64,000 nucleotides of DNA from an uncultured Actinomycetota bacterium. Its GTDB lineage: Bacteria > Actinomycetota > Thermoleophilia > RBG-16-64-13. The first letter of the stretch is position 1. Every line of letters begins with the position of its first letter. The notes under the pieces were generated by a model. The model did not search any database and was not told the DNA's origin. It saw only the letters and a list, made by a program, of their open reading frames with translations. The stretch covers positions 22,286 to 86,285 of the forward strand of contig CAVZSN010000009.1 of assembly GCA_963777945.1 (NCBI GenBank). Reading direction: 5' to 3'. Position numbers and translations under genes: made by a program. This document shows positions 37,106 to 48,326 of the stretch, one piece after another.

Positions 37106-38134
37106 ATGCGCAGATCGGGTCACTATGAGGGGAGCCCGACCAGCACTTCAGTGACGGTGCTTCCGGACGCAGAGTCCCTCTCGCTGGCTGCAGCGGCGGC
37201 CGTCGTGGCCGAGGCGCGCCGCGCCGTCCGCCGGTCGGGTGCATTCACCATCGCGCTTTCCGGCGGGTCGACGCCCGAGCCGGTCTACAGGCTCCTGGCC
37301 GGACCGCCCTTCCGCGACCTCCTTCCGTGGGGCGCGATCCACGTGTTCTTCAGCGACGAGCGGTGCGTCGATCGCGATGATCCTCGCAGCAATGAGGGCA
37401 TGGCTCGACGCGCCCTTCTAGACCTCGTGCCGATACCGCCCGAGCAGGTACATGCCATGGCCTGCCCGGTCGGCATCGCGGCCTCGAGTTCTGATGCTGC
37501 CCTTGACGCTGCCCGATCGGCCGCCGACGAGTACGAAGACCTGCTGCGGTCGCCGGCCGCCGCCGTCCGGGGCGGCCGGCTGGACCTTGTCATGCTCGGA
37601 CTCGGGACCGACGGTCACACGGCTTCACTCTTCCCCGGTTCGGACGTTCTGGATGAGCAGGTGCGGTGGGCCGCCGCGTGCCGAGCTCCGTTCGCCGAGG
37701 GCGCCGGAGGACCGCTCGGGCGGGTCACGCTCACGGCCCCCTTCATCAACCGGGCGGCGATGGTGCTGTTCGTTGTGAGCGGGGCCGCCAAGGCGGCCGC
37801 GGTCAAGGAGGTCCTCCAGGGTGACGCCGCCCCCGGGCTCGTGCCCGCGCGGCTGATCCGTCCCGCCGGCGGGCGGCTGTGCTGGCTGCTTGACGAGGAG
37901 GCAGCCTCGGGGTTGGACCTCGCGCGAGATCCCGCCGGACTGGATGCGCCTCCGCCTTGCTCCTCGGCGATGAAGGAGCGGAATGATGCAGGCTTCCAGG
38001 TCCGACGCCATCGTCGTGTTCGGCGTCACCGGCGATCTCGTACACAAGGAGATCTTTCCCGCCCTGCACGGGCTCTTCCGGGACGAGGACGTGGAGGTGC
38101 CGGTGATCGGCGTGGCTCGGTCCGACTGGAGTGA
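37106..38134 (+). CDS. pgl: 6-phosphogluconolactonase
   Basis: [21 protein letters not shown] and [15 protein letters not shown]. As written, the ORF runs 152 nt into zwf. An alternative frame ends at TGA 37984-37986, overlapping the zwf ATG, so the 3' end is uncertain. Confidence 0.7.
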   Translation: MRRSGHYEGSPTSTSVTVLPDAESLSLAAAAAVVAEARRAVRRSGAFTIALSGGSTPEPVYRLLAGPPFRDLLPWGAIHVFFSDERCVDRDDPRSNEGMARRALLDLVPIPPEQVHAMACPVGIAASSSDAALDAARSAADEYEDLLRSPAAAVRGGRLDLVMLGLGTDGHTASLFPGSDVLDEQVRWAAACRAPFAEGAGGPLGRVTLTAPFINRAAMVLFVVSGAAKAAAVKEVLQGDAAPGLVPARLIRPAGGRLCWLLDEEAASGLDLARDPAGLDAPPPCSSAMKERNDAGFQVRRHRRVRRHRRSRTQGDLSRPARALPGRGRGGAGDRRGSVRLE

Positions 38135-39455
38135 CGAGCAGCTCGTCGCGCGCGCCAGGCATGCCGTCGAGGCGCGGGGAAAGCTCGATCAGACGGCCTT
38201 CACCCGACTGGCCAAGATGCTGCGGTACGTCCGCGGCGACTACGGTGCTCCCGAGACCTACGCCAAGATGTGCGATGTTCTCCAAGGAGCAGCGTCGCCC
38301 CTGTTCTACATGGCCATCCCTCCCAGCGTGTTCCCGGTCGTCACCAGTTCACTCGCCGAATCCGGCTGCAGCCTCGACGCCCGGGTGGTCATCGAGAAGC
38401 CTTTCGGTCGCGATCTCCAGTCGGCCCTGGGGCTCAATCAGACGCTTCGCCGACACTATCCGGAATCGGCCATATTCCGTATCGATCACTTCCTGGGCAA
38501 GGAGCCGGTGCAGAACATCACCTACACTCGGTTCGCCAACCCACTCCTCGAGCCCATCTGGAATCGGGACCACATCCGTAGCATCCAGATCACCATGGCC
38601 GAGGATTACGGGGTCAGGGAGCGGGGTGGCTTCTACGAAGAAGCCGGTGCCCTCCGGGATGTGATCCAGAACCACCTGCTGCAGCTCCTCGCGGTGGTCG
38701 CCATGGATCCCCCGGGGGGAGGGATACCCGACGCCTTTCGAGACGAGAAGTCCCGATTGCTCTTGGCGGTCCGGCCGGTCGAACCGAGACATATCGTGAG
38801 GGGCCAGTACGTGGGATATCGATCGGCGCCGGGAGTGGCCTCCGACTCGAACGTGGAGACCTATGCCGCACTCAAGCTCATGATCGACAACTGGCGTTGG
38901 GCGGGTGTCCCCGTGTACGTTCGGAGCGGGAAGCAGCTGGCCGCCACCGCCACCGAGGTCTTCATCGAGCTGAAGCGGCCCCCACGCGAAACGTTCGGAG
39001 AGCGCGTGGCGAACTCCTCGGGACACGTGCGCATCCGGATCAGCCCCGATGTGGTGATCGCGCTCGGTCTGCGGGTCAAGGTGCCGGGCGAGCGGATGGT
39101 GGGTCGGGATGTCGAGCTGTTGCTCACCTCCTGTCCCGGAGACATGAGGCCCCCCTATCAGCGTCTGCTTACCGATGCCCTGTATGGGAATCAGGAACTG
39201 TTCGCCCGGGAGGATGCCATCGAGGCGCAATGGAGGATCGTCGGGCCCATTCTCGGCTCTGGGGTCCCCCCGCTTCCCTACTCACCGGGGAGTTGGGGGC
39301 CGGCAAAGGCGGGCAGGCTGATCGGTAAGGACGGGCCGTGGATCGACCCGGTTCTTGGTCCGGCGATCGAGACCGCCATCTGCGAGGCGCCCGTACCTCC
39401 CGCGCGGCGCGCTGGACGCGGCCACCCCCCGGAGGTACCATCTCAGGCACTGTAG
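37983..39455 (+). CDS. zwf: glucose-6-phosphate 1-dehydrogenase
   Basis: [31 protein letters not shown] and the [19 protein letters not shown] motifs. 490 aa, intact. Confidence 0.85.
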   Translation: MMQASRSDAIVVFGVTGDLVHKEIFPALHGLFRDEDVEVPVIGVARSDWSDEQLVARARHAVEARGKLDQTAFTRLAKMLRYVRGDYGAPETYAKMCDVLQGAASPLFYMAIPPSVFPVVTSSLAESGCSLDARVVIEKPFGRDLQSALGLNQTLRRHYPESAIFRIDHFLGKEPVQNITYTRFANPLLEPIWNRDHIRSIQITMAEDYGVRERGGFYEEAGALRDVIQNHLLQLLAVVAMDPPGGGIPDAFRDEKSRLLLAVRPVEPRHIVRGQYVGYRSAPGVASDSNVETYAALKLMIDNWRWAGVPVYVRSGKQLAATATEVFIELKRPPRETFGERVANSSGHVRIRISPDVVIALGLRVKVPGERMVGRDVELLLTSCPGDMRPPYQRLLTDALYGNQELFAREDAIEAQWRIVGPILGSGVPPLPYSPGSWGPAKAGRLIGKDGPWIDPVLGPAIETAICEAPVPPARRAGRGHPPEVPSQAL

Positions 39456-39482
39456 CTAAGGCTTCTCGGGCTGTGGGGGGCG

Positions 39483-40652
39483 ATGGCCAAAGCGACGACG
39501 CTGGATCCTACGGGGACCTCTGACGGGATCATTCCGACTGCTGGGCACTCCACGTTCCCGCCATTCGCGCCCGCACCTCCCCGAAAAGCCCCGGTCAGTC
39601 CGGAGCGTTCCGCGACCGTGCTCGGCACCCTGCAGGAGATCGGCAGGGCCAGTCCAGACCTGGAGGGTTGTCGGCGGCTGCTGCACTGCATCTCGGAGGA
39701 GGTTCGAGCCGAGCAGGCAGTCCTAATCCTCTGCAACCCACTCACGAGAGAGCTGGAGTTCGTGGTCCACAACCAGGATCCCGCCGTGGCGCAGCTTTAT
39801 GCCGACTACTACGCCGATCTGGATCCCACCGGGCTACCCGACTACATCAGGGGCTACGGTTGTCTACCGCGCGAATCACCGGCCCATTCGGTATCCGATC
39901 TCATGGAGGTCGTCGACTACAAGGCTCTGGTCGCGACCGAGTTCTACAACGACTTCATGAAGAGCGCCGAGATCCACTACGATCTTGTGGCGTTCGTTTC
40001 ACCCAACTCCTCTACTCGGGGAGCTCTGTGCCTTCACCGAGCTCGTCGCGGCCGTCCGTTCTCTGCAGAGGAGCTGGCCGTCTTGGATATCCTCGCCCCG
40101 TTCGTGGGGAACCATCTCGAGAGGATGTTCTCGGCGAGCCTGCGTTCAGCGCAGCCGACCGCTGCGGGCAGAGGTGTGATCGTCTGCGACACCCGGGGCC
40201 GGGTCCTTTTCTGCAATGACATCGCCCGGATGCTTTACGCGCCCTTTCGGCAGACGGCAGGGAGTCCCAACCTTATCGCCGAAGCCTGCTTCGTCGGCTT
40301 CACTCTGAGCAGTCCCGAGATTCTCGCCGAGAGTTTCAATGTCGGGGTCAGCTCGAGGGAGGTCACGCTGGATCACGGTGACCGCGGCCGCCTAATCATC
40401 CTCGAGCCCCCCGATGGCCTCGACCGGAGGTGGAGCGAACCGTTGAAGGCACGGTTCGCATTGACCGACCGGGAGATCGAGGTGCTCGATCGGCTTATCG
40501 TCGGCGGCAGCAACAGGGAGATATCCCAGGCGCTCTTCATCGCTGAGTGTACCGTGAAGAAGCATATCCAGAGCATCTCGGCCAAGGTCGGAGCCCGGAC
40601 CCGGACATCTATCGCGCACGCGGTGAGACAGGAACTGGGGTTTACCCCATGA
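39483..40652 (+). CDS. LuxR-family transcriptional regulator with N-terminal GAF-like sensor region
   Basis: C-terminal HTH LTDREIEVLDRLIVGGSNREISQALFIAECTVKKHIQSI. 389 aa, intact. Confidence 0.7.
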   Translation: MAKATTLDPTGTSDGIIPTAGHSTFPPFAPAPPRKAPVSPERSATVLGTLQEIGRASPDLEGCRRLLHCISEEVRAEQAVLILCNPLTRELEFVVHNQDPAVAQLYADYYADLDPTGLPDYIRGYGCLPRESPAHSVSDLMEVVDYKALVATEFYNDFMKSAEIHYDLVAFVSPNSSTRGALCLHRARRGRPFSAEELAVLDILAPFVGNHLERMFSASLRSAQPTAAGRGVIVCDTRGRVLFCNDIARMLYAPFRQTAGSPNLIAEACFVGFTLSSPEILAESFNVGVSSREVTLDHGDRGRLIILEPPDGLDRRWSEPLKARFALTDREIEVLDRLIVGGSNREISQALFIAECTVKKHIQSISAKVGARTRTSIAHAVRQELGFTP

Positions 40653-40852
40653 GCGCCGCACAATCATACTTTCGGATACTTGCGCCTCGCTCTCGCTTCT
40701 GTTGACATGCGGTGGTGAGCTCGCGCTCACGCGCGGCTATTGACACGAGAACACTCCGGAGGTCGTCCACCGGCAAGGAGGTGACCCGAGAAGAGGCAGC
40801 AGGTTCGGGGGAAACGGGTAGCACACTGCATGCATTGTTAGGGGGAAGCATC

Positions 40853-42170
40853 ATGCCAAAGAGAAGGACCTACGCTCTGGTCTGCGTCTTCGCGGTGTTG
40901 ACGGCGCTGCTGTTCGCTGTCGCCGCGTGCGGAGACACGGAGGACACTACGACGACCGCAGGCCCGGCCACCACTGCTGGTCCGGCCACGACCGCAGGCC
41001 CGGCGACCACCGCGGGTCCGGCCACTACGGGCGCGCCGACTGGTGAGGCCAAGACTCTCAAGATCGGCTCGATCATGCCGCAGACCGGTCCGTTGGCCAT
41101 CCTCGGGCTTTCGTTCACACGGGCGTGGGATATCTACGCCGAGGACGTGAACAATGCGGGGGGCGTCAAGATCGGCAACGACACCTACACGATCGAGTTC
41201 ATCCACGAGGACAGCAAAGGGTCGGCTGAGGGCGCCGAGCACCGCGGCCAGCAAGCTCGTGAACCAGGACAAAGTCAATCTGGTCATCGGCGGCCATCCT
41301 CGAGAGCGAGATGGCGGCCATCAACCAAGTGACGCAGGCCGCCGGGGTGCTCTACGCGCAGGCGAACGCGAACATCCCGGGTGCTCCCCAGGACGTCGCG
41401 CGCCGACAAGCCGTTGCAGGTCCGGCCGTTCATCAACCACGACGACACCCAGCCGATCGACCTCGACTACATCCTCGAGACCTACCCGCAAGCGAAGAAG
41501 ATCGCGCTGTCGGTACCTGACATCGGCTACGACGGCATGGTCGAGCGGATCAGACGCGCAGGTGACGGCGCGGGGCATGGAGATAGTGGCTCAGGAGACA
41601 TGGACTGGGGGACCACCGACTTCGTGCCGGTGATGACGAAACTCAACGGGGCCAAGCCCGGACATCATCTGGGCCATGGTCAGCGGACAGGCGAACGACC
41701 AGCTTAAAGCGGCACGGCAGCTAGGCTTCAAGGGCGTCTTCGTGTCGAACTCGCCGCTGGGGGCCGATGTCTTCCAGGTGACCGTTCAAGACCCGGTCGC
41801 TCTGACCGACGTCATCTGCAACAGCGTCGACGTCACCCATCCGACCCCCGAGATCCAGAAGCTCATGGACGCCTGGAAGGCGAAGTGGCCGAACGACCCC
41901 TTCATCTCCGACGCCGTCCATGCCTACGACATGCCCTGGGTGATGGTCCAGGTCATGCAGAAGGCGGGAACGACCGACGCGGCGACAGTCGTGACGACCA
42001 TGGAGGGCATGACCAACCCCGGTGATCTGCAGACACTGCACGGGCCGGGCTACATCGGCGGCGTGGACCGCTTCGGAGTGAACCGGGTGCTATACAGGCC
42101 TCTCCCGCTCAGCCGCCTCATGAACGGCCAGATCGAGTTCGTCGGCTTCAAAGAGCCTGTGGCGGAGTAG
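40853..42170 (+). pseudogene. branched-chain amino-acid-type ABC transporter substrate-binding lipoprotein (LivK-like), frame-disrupted after about 125 codons
   Basis: ATG 40853 with a GGGGGAAG RBS. Lipobox AVAAC. KIGSIMPQTGPLAILG and VNNAGGVKIG are in ORF 40712..41332. Later pieces are in ORFs 41311.., 41381.. and 41676..42170. Confidence 0.7.
40958..41029 (+). repeat. 4 x 18-nt imperfect tandem repeat encoding (AGPATT)x4 in the lipoprotein linker
   Basis: Units at 40958, 40976, 40994 and 41012, read directly from the sequence. Confidence 0.8.
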
Positions 42171-42312
42171 ACCCGCTTGACTCTGCCCCGGCAGGCGTCT
42201 TGAGCAAGCAGTTGATGCACGGGAAGGCCGGTCGTCCACGACACCGGGCGGCTCCATGACCGCGCCGGCGCATGAACGACCGGCCTTCCCCCGACCCTGC
42301 CAAGGAGCCTGA

Positions 42313-43181
42313 TTGGATTCGCTAGATCTCTGGCTGCAGGCGATCAATCAACGGGATAGCCCTCGGCTGGCTATACGTCCTGATGGCCCTGGGGCTCACG
42401 CTGATCTTGAGCATCATGGGCATCCTCCAGCTCGCCCACGGCGAGATCTACATGCTGGGGGCGTTCGCGCGTCCACTATTTCGTGGGCCGGGGATTGGGC
42501 CTCTACCCGGCGATCGCCGTCTCGATGATCATGATGGCGGTGTTCGGGGTCCTGTTGGAGCGAGGACTGTTCCGGCCCCGGCCGGGCCGCGACGTGGTGC
42601 TCAGCTCCATCGTCGTGTCCACGGGCTTGACCCTGATACTGACCAGCGCCACGATCGTCGCGTTCGGGCTCTACACGAAGAGCCTGCCCTTTCTCATCTC
42701 GGGCTCGTTCACCGTGTTCGGAGCCACGGTCCCGCGGGACCGGATCCTGGCGATCGGCTTCTCCGTGCTCGCGCTGCTGCTGCTCTACGCCTTTCTCAAG
42801 CGGACCCGGCTGGGACTGGCCATGGTCGCGAGCGCCCAGAACCGCGAAGGGTCGTTTCTCAAAGGCATCAACCCCAATAGGATGTCCATGTCTGCCATGG
42901 CGATCGGCTGTGCGCTGGCCGCGCTGGCCGGGGCCTTAGCCGGCTCCATCCTGCAGCTGCAGCCCTACATGGGCGGGCTGCCGATGATCAAGGGTCTCGT
43001 GATCATCGTGCTGGGCGGGCTGGGCAGCATCCCCGGCGCGGTGATCGGCGGTCTGATCCTCGGTCTCATCGACGGCATCGTGCCGGTGTTCTTCAGCCCG
43101 GCGATGGCATCGGTGGGGCCCTTGGTCATGGTCATCCTGGTGCTCCTCTTCAGGCCCAAGGGCCTCCTCGGCCATGACTAA
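42313..43181 (+). pseudogene. livH: branched-chain amino-acid ABC transporter permease (LivH-like), frame-disrupted
   Basis: AAGGAG RBS, then TTG 42313. INGIALGWLYVLMALGLTLILSIMGILQLAHGEIYMLGAF is split across frames. The C-terminal 230 aa are in ORF 42483..43181. Confidence 0.7.
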
Positions 43182-45045
43182 GCGCGGGTCTGGCGAAGCT
43201 CCTGGTGTGGGTGGCGATCGTCGTGGTCGTCTTCCTGATGCCGCAGCTGCTGTCGGGCAACCGGTACTGGCTGACCGTCCTGGGCCTGCTTGCCATCAAC
43301 ATCTTGATGGTGAGCAGCCTTCGCAGCATCACGCTGATCAACGAGATATCGCTGGGCCAGGTCGGCTTCGCCGTGCATCGGGGCGTACGCGCACGCCGCG
43401 CTCATGATGAAGGGAGGGATGCCGTTCTGGCCGTCGCTGATCATCAGCGGTCTCTTCTCCGCCTTCATAGCCCTGCTTCTGTCGTATCCGTTCCTCAAGG
43501 TCAAAGGGATCTACTTCTCGATCCTCACCCTGCTGACCGCAGAGACCTTCCGCTTGGTGGCCTACTACTGGACTTCGCTCACGGGTGGTTCGCTAGGCCT
43601 GACCGGCGTTCCGGGCCCGGGGACGCAGAACGTCCCGTTTGCCGGACAGGTCGACTTCGACAAGACCCGAGAACTACTACTACATCGCCGTCGGCGTCGT
43701 CCTGATCGCTCTGCTGATCCTGTACTACGCTAGAACGGGCCTACATCAGCTTCCAGTGGCGAGCCATCAAGGACGACAACACTCTGGCCGGTGCGGTGGG
43801 GATCAACGTCATCGGCTACAAGACGGTCAACTTCGTGCATCGCGGCCTTCATGGCGGGCATCTCCGGGGCGTTGTTCGCGTCGTTCCAGCACAACCTCAG
43901 CCCCGACACCACCTCGCGCTTCGGTGTCACCATGTCCATCTACCTGCTGGTCTACATGGTGGTGGGAGGCAAGGACTACTTCATAGGCCCTCTCGTCGGC
44001 ACGACCGTTCTCACTCTGCTCGCCGAGAACACCCGGTTCGATGCAGGAGTACCAGCCGATGATGACGGGTGCCATAGCCATTCTCGTGATGATCTTCATG
44101 CCCATGGGTCTGGTGGGACTCCCGGCCCAGGTCCGTGGCTGGAGGCGGGCGAGACGGCTGAAGGTGGCCGTGGCAGCCGCCAGCGGTTCGCCGGCGGCGG
44201 TCGGCGGACCGGGGGCCACAGAGCCGCCGGCCCCGGTCGGTGAGGCTCGAGAAGGGGTGACGGCGATGGCGCTGCTCGAAGTCACCGAACTCTCTCGCCA
44301 TTTCGGGGGGCTCGCTGCCGTCAACAAGGTCGATCTGACGGTAGAGGAGGGCGAGATCCTGGGTCTGATAGGTCCCAACGGGGCGGGCAAGAGCACCATG
44401 CTCAACCTGATCGACGGGACTCTCAAGGTCTCGAGCGGTACCATCATGTTCGGGGGGCACAACGTCACCCGCTACCCACCTCACCGCCGGGCTCGGATGG
44501 GCATCGCAAGGGTGTTCCAGAAGAACGCCCTCTTCAAGAGCATGACCGTTCTCGAGAACGTTCTGGCCGGTATGTACCTGCAACACCAAGCACGGCCCCT
44601 TCGCCGTCATCGGACGGAGCTTCGAGCACGTGCGGAAGCAGGCCGGAGGTTGTCGACGCGCTGCACCGAGCTGCTCGGGATTCGTGGGCCTCACGGACAA
44701 GACGCACGAACTATGCGTCAACCTTCCCCACGGCAGCCAGCGGGAATTGTGCGTCGCGGTCGCTCTGGCTTCGGACCCCACGCTGCTCCTGCTCGACGAA
44801 CCGCTCACCGGCATGAACGCCGAGGAGACCGACCTCGATGATCGACATCATCAAGAGTGTGAACGCGATCGAAGGGCACTACGGTGATCGTGGTCGAGCA
44901 CAACGTGCGGGCGGTCCTTGGCCTGTGCGCCAGGAGCGTCGTGCTCAACTACGGACAGAAGCTGATCGAAGGCACGCCTCGGGAGTGCGTGGCCGACCCG
45001 GCCGTGATCGAGGCCTATCTGGGGACGGATTCCGATGTGGCTTGA
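43174..45045 (+). pseudogene. branched-chain amino-acid ABC transporter permease (LivM-like) continuous in frame with the ATPase (LivG-like); multiple frame disruptions
   Basis: ATG 43174 overlaps the livH stop. Permease pieces are in ORFs 43205.., 43404.., 43791.. and 44041... ORF 44041..44841 runs without a stop from the permease C-terminus (ILVMIFMPMGLVGLP) through an A/P/G-rich linker into MALLEVTELSRHFGG...GPNGAGKST. The ATPase tail ends at TGA 45043-45045. Confidence 0.6.
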
Positions 45046-45744
45046 GATCAAAGAACTGGCGGTCAGATACGAAGGCGCGGAAGTGGTCAAGGGTGTCTCC
45101 ATGCATCTCGAGCCGGGCGAGATCGTGACCTTGATCGGAAGCAACGGTGCCGGCAAGTCCACCATACTGAGGGCTCTATCGGGACTCAAAGCTCCCGCCA
45201 GCGGGGAGATCTGGTTCGATGGAGTCCGCGTCGACGGACGCAAGCCGCAGAGCATCGTGAAGATGGGCATCGTCCAGGTGCCGCAGGACAGGGGGCTGTT
45301 TCCCTACATGACGGTCGCCGAGAACCTCAAGATCGGCGCCTATCTGCGAAAGGACCGCAAGGCCACCGCCAAGGACCTGGAGGAGATACTCAAGCATTTC
45401 CCACGGCTTAGAGGAACGAGCCCGGCAGCAGGCGTCCACGCTCAGCGGCGGCGAGCAGCAGATGCTGGCGATAGCCACAGCCGTGATGTGCAGGCCGCGC
45501 GTGCTCCTACTGGACGAGCCGTCGATGGGGCTGTCACCGCTCATGGTCGCCGAGATCGTCAAGATCATGCGGGAGATCAACGAGACGGGCACCGCCGTCC
45601 TCGCTCGTGGAGCAGAACTCGCGGCTGGCGTTGAAGCTGGCGATGAGGGCCTACGTGCTGGAGACGGGCAATATCGTGGTCGAGGGACTCGCGAGCGAAC
45701 TGCTGCACAGCGAGCACGTGCGCAAAGCGTATCTGGGGGAATAG
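45035..45744 (+). pseudogene. livF: branched-chain amino-acid ABC transporter ATP-binding protein (LivF-like), two frame disruptions
   Basis: Walker A GSNGAGKST is in ORF 45035..45634. LSGGEQQMLAIA...LLLDEPSMGLSP is in ORF 45462... The tail LVEQNSRLALKLA...AYLGE ends at TAG 45742-45744. Confidence 0.75.
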
Positions 45745-45780
45745 ATCGGTGCGGTTGTCTACGACCTCCGGGGGTGCGAG

Positions 45781-47488
45781 ATGAGCGGTTGGACCGCAGA
45801 TTCCATCTATGTGAACGGCAAGGTCGTCACGGTGGACGCGCGCGACTCGATCGCTCAGGCGCTGGCGGTCAAGGGGGACCGGATCCTCGCGGTCGGCACG
45901 AACGAGGAGATCAGGTGGCTCGGCTGGCCCGACCACGGAAGTGATCGACCTTGGTGGCAAGACGGTGCTTCCGGGTATCAACGACTCGCACACGCACGCG
46001 GCGATGTACGGGGGTAGCCGGCCGCCGCTAACGCTCGACGTGGGCTTCCCGGCGGTGCGGTCCATCGCCGACATCAAGGAGTCGGTACGGGCGCGGGCTG
46101 CGACGCTCAAACCGGGGGAGTGGATACGCGGCAACGGCTGGGACGACGGGTACCTGGATGAGTGTCTGGCCGACCCGACTCGGCACATGACGCGGGCGAC
46201 CTCGACGAGGTCGCGCCAGACAACCCCGTATACCTGGTGGACTTCACGCAGCACCAGCTGGTTGCGAACAGTCGGGCGCTCCAGCTGGCGGGTATCACCC
46301 GCGACTCCACCACCGAACCGGGTCGGAGATCGTCAAGGACCCGCGACACGGAGAGCCCACCGGCAGTCCTGGTCGAACTGCCGGCCAGGGGATCCTGATG
46401 CGGGTGGTGCCGCCGTGGACCAGGGAGGAGAAGCGGGCGGCCATCCTCGCCATGATGCGGACCATGAACGCGCGAGGCATCACCAGCGTGACCGATGCAG
46501 CCTCGGCCCCGGCGGGATCGGCTACCAGGGCGGGCTCTTGGGGTCGGAATGCATCAGCGTCTACAACGATCTTCATAACGAAGAGGCGATGACGGTGCGG
46601 GTGAACGTCCTCTACCTGTTCGGAGAGTACGGCGCCATCTCTCTCCAGGACTTCCAGAGGAGCATCCTCGAGATCGGCATCCACAGCGGGTTCGGCGACG
46701 AATGGCTCCAGATCGGCGGATCAAGCTGTTCGCCGACGGTATCCCTCAGACCAAGACGGCCTGGCTGTACGAGGACTATCCCGACGGGGGCAACGGCAGC
46801 CTGGTGCTACCGGGAGCGACCGAGGAGGAGCGCTGCGAGGAACTCGTCAACATGATCGTCTTCGCCCACACGCCGCGGCTTCCAGTGCGGCGTCCACGTC
46901 ATCGGCGATCGGGCGATCAAGGCGTGCGTCGACGGGTTCGCCAAGGCGCAGGCGGAAGACCCTCGGGATCTACGCCACTATCTGATCCATTGCGACCTGG
47001 TAACGCCTGCCGACATCAAGCGCATGGTCGACCTCGGCATCGGGGTGAGCACCCAGCCCATTCTGAAGTGGGTCTTCTCCGACGTCGTCGACAAGCTGAT
47101 CGGAATCGAGCGCTCCGCGTGGCAGTTTCCCGTGCGGACCCTGCTCGACGCCGGCGTCCACGTGAGTCTCTCGTCGGATACGCCAGTGACCGAACCCGAC
47201 TGGCTCCAAGGGGTGGAGGCGGCGGTACTGCGCAAGTCGAAAGCCTCGGGGACGGTGCGGGGTCCGGCCCAACGTATCTCCGTGAGCGAGGCGGTAAGGC
47301 TCTACACCATGGGCGGGGCCTGGCAGGATCACATGGAGAAGCGCAAGGGCTCGCTCGAACCAGGCAAGCTCGCCGACTTCTGTGTCCTCGATCGGGATGT
47401 CCTGTCCGCCGATCCCGAGGAGATCCACACCATCAAGAACGTCGCCACCGTGGTCGGCGGCAGACGGGTATACGAGGAGGGGCTCTAG
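45781..47488 (+). pseudogene. amidohydrolase-3 (YtcJ-like) family metal-dependent hydrolase, many frame disruptions; last ~200 codons intact
   Basis: The N-terminus ADSIYVNGKVVTVD...LAVKGDRILAVG, LPGINDSHTH, HVIGDRAI and the SLSSDTPV motifs are found across at least 7 frame segments. The C-terminus is in ORF 47024..47488. Confidence 0.7.
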
Positions 47489-47577
47489 ATCCCTCCGGGC
47501 GGCTGCCGGAGTGCCGCCTTACCGCGCGGTCGTCGCGGGGCGCCGCCGATGCGTCCAGCGCCCGCTCGGCGCCGCTC

Positions 47578-48318
47578 TCAGTGCTCTCCGGTCACCCGTT
47601 TGAAGCGCTCGCTGTAGTTGTCCCGGCCGTCCTCGTAGGCGGGGAGGACGAAGGGCATCTCCTCGAGGTTCTCCACCATCGTCGGCAAGGCGTCCCAGGG
47701 CACCGAGACGATCACGTTGCCCTCCGTGCCGACCTCTCGCGCGATGTGGCCGAAGGTCAGGCCCGTCACCGAGAAGTTGATCTTGCCCGAGACGTACGGG
47801 TAGACGAGGGTCCAGGCGCAGCCCAGGACCGGGGTGCCCTTGCTCTCATACGTCTGTCCGGTGGTCCAACTCATGGAGCGCAGCACGATCTCCATCTTGC
47901 GGGCCCGGCCGGTGAGCACCAGTACATCGGGATCGAAGGTCAGCTTGTCCAGGGGGGCGAAGGCCGTGTAGTTGCACGTACCCCTCTCGAGCCGGGGCAC
48001 GACGTCGTAGATGCGGCGGTTCGCACGGGCCTCCTTGAAGACCTCGAGGCACGGACCGATCTGGCCGCTGAAGTAGAAGGGCTCTACGTCGACCATCCCC
48101 AGGGGGACCGGGCCGGCGCACTCGTGGTCTTCAAAACCGGCATAGAAAGCCTTGCCTGTCTGAGCCTCGGACACCATCTCGCAGAGCCCGAGGGTCCGGT
48201 CGAGGCGGGGCAGTTCCTTCGGTTCGCCGAACAGGAACTTCACTCCTACGGGAGGCTTCTCCAGTTCGAGCTTGTTGAAGACGGATAGATCGCGCGTGAG
48301 GGGCGTGAGTTCACTCAT
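47578..48318 (-). CDS. DUF169 family protein
   Basis: Start chosen at ATG 48318 (AGGAGCATCC-ATG) rather than the ORF-track start at 48444. KPPVGVKFLF, LCEMV and the HECAGPVPLG pattern. Confidence 0.6.
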   Translation of the reverse strand: MSELTPLTRDLSVFNKLELEKPPVGVKFLFGEPKELPRLDRTLGLCEMVSEAQTGKAFYAGFEDHECAGPVPLGMVDVEPFYFSGQIGPCLEVFKEARANRRIYDVVPRLERGTCNYTAFAPLDKLTFDPDVLVLTGRARKMEIVLRSMSWTTGQTYESKGTPVLGCAWTLVYPYVSGKINFSVTGLTFGHIAREVGTEGNVIVSVPWDALPTMVENLEEMPFVLPAYEDGRDNYSERFKRVTGEH

Positions 48319-48326
48319 GGATGCTC

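Noticed and set aside
40702-40745. Two TTGACA hexamers and a GTGAGC-TCGC-GCTCAC hairpin upstream of the LivK-like gene, as a promoter/attenuator.
   Set aside because: Neither hexamer has a plausible TAnnnT -10 at 16-19 nt spacing, and the hairpin is short (6 bp). The evidence is insufficient.
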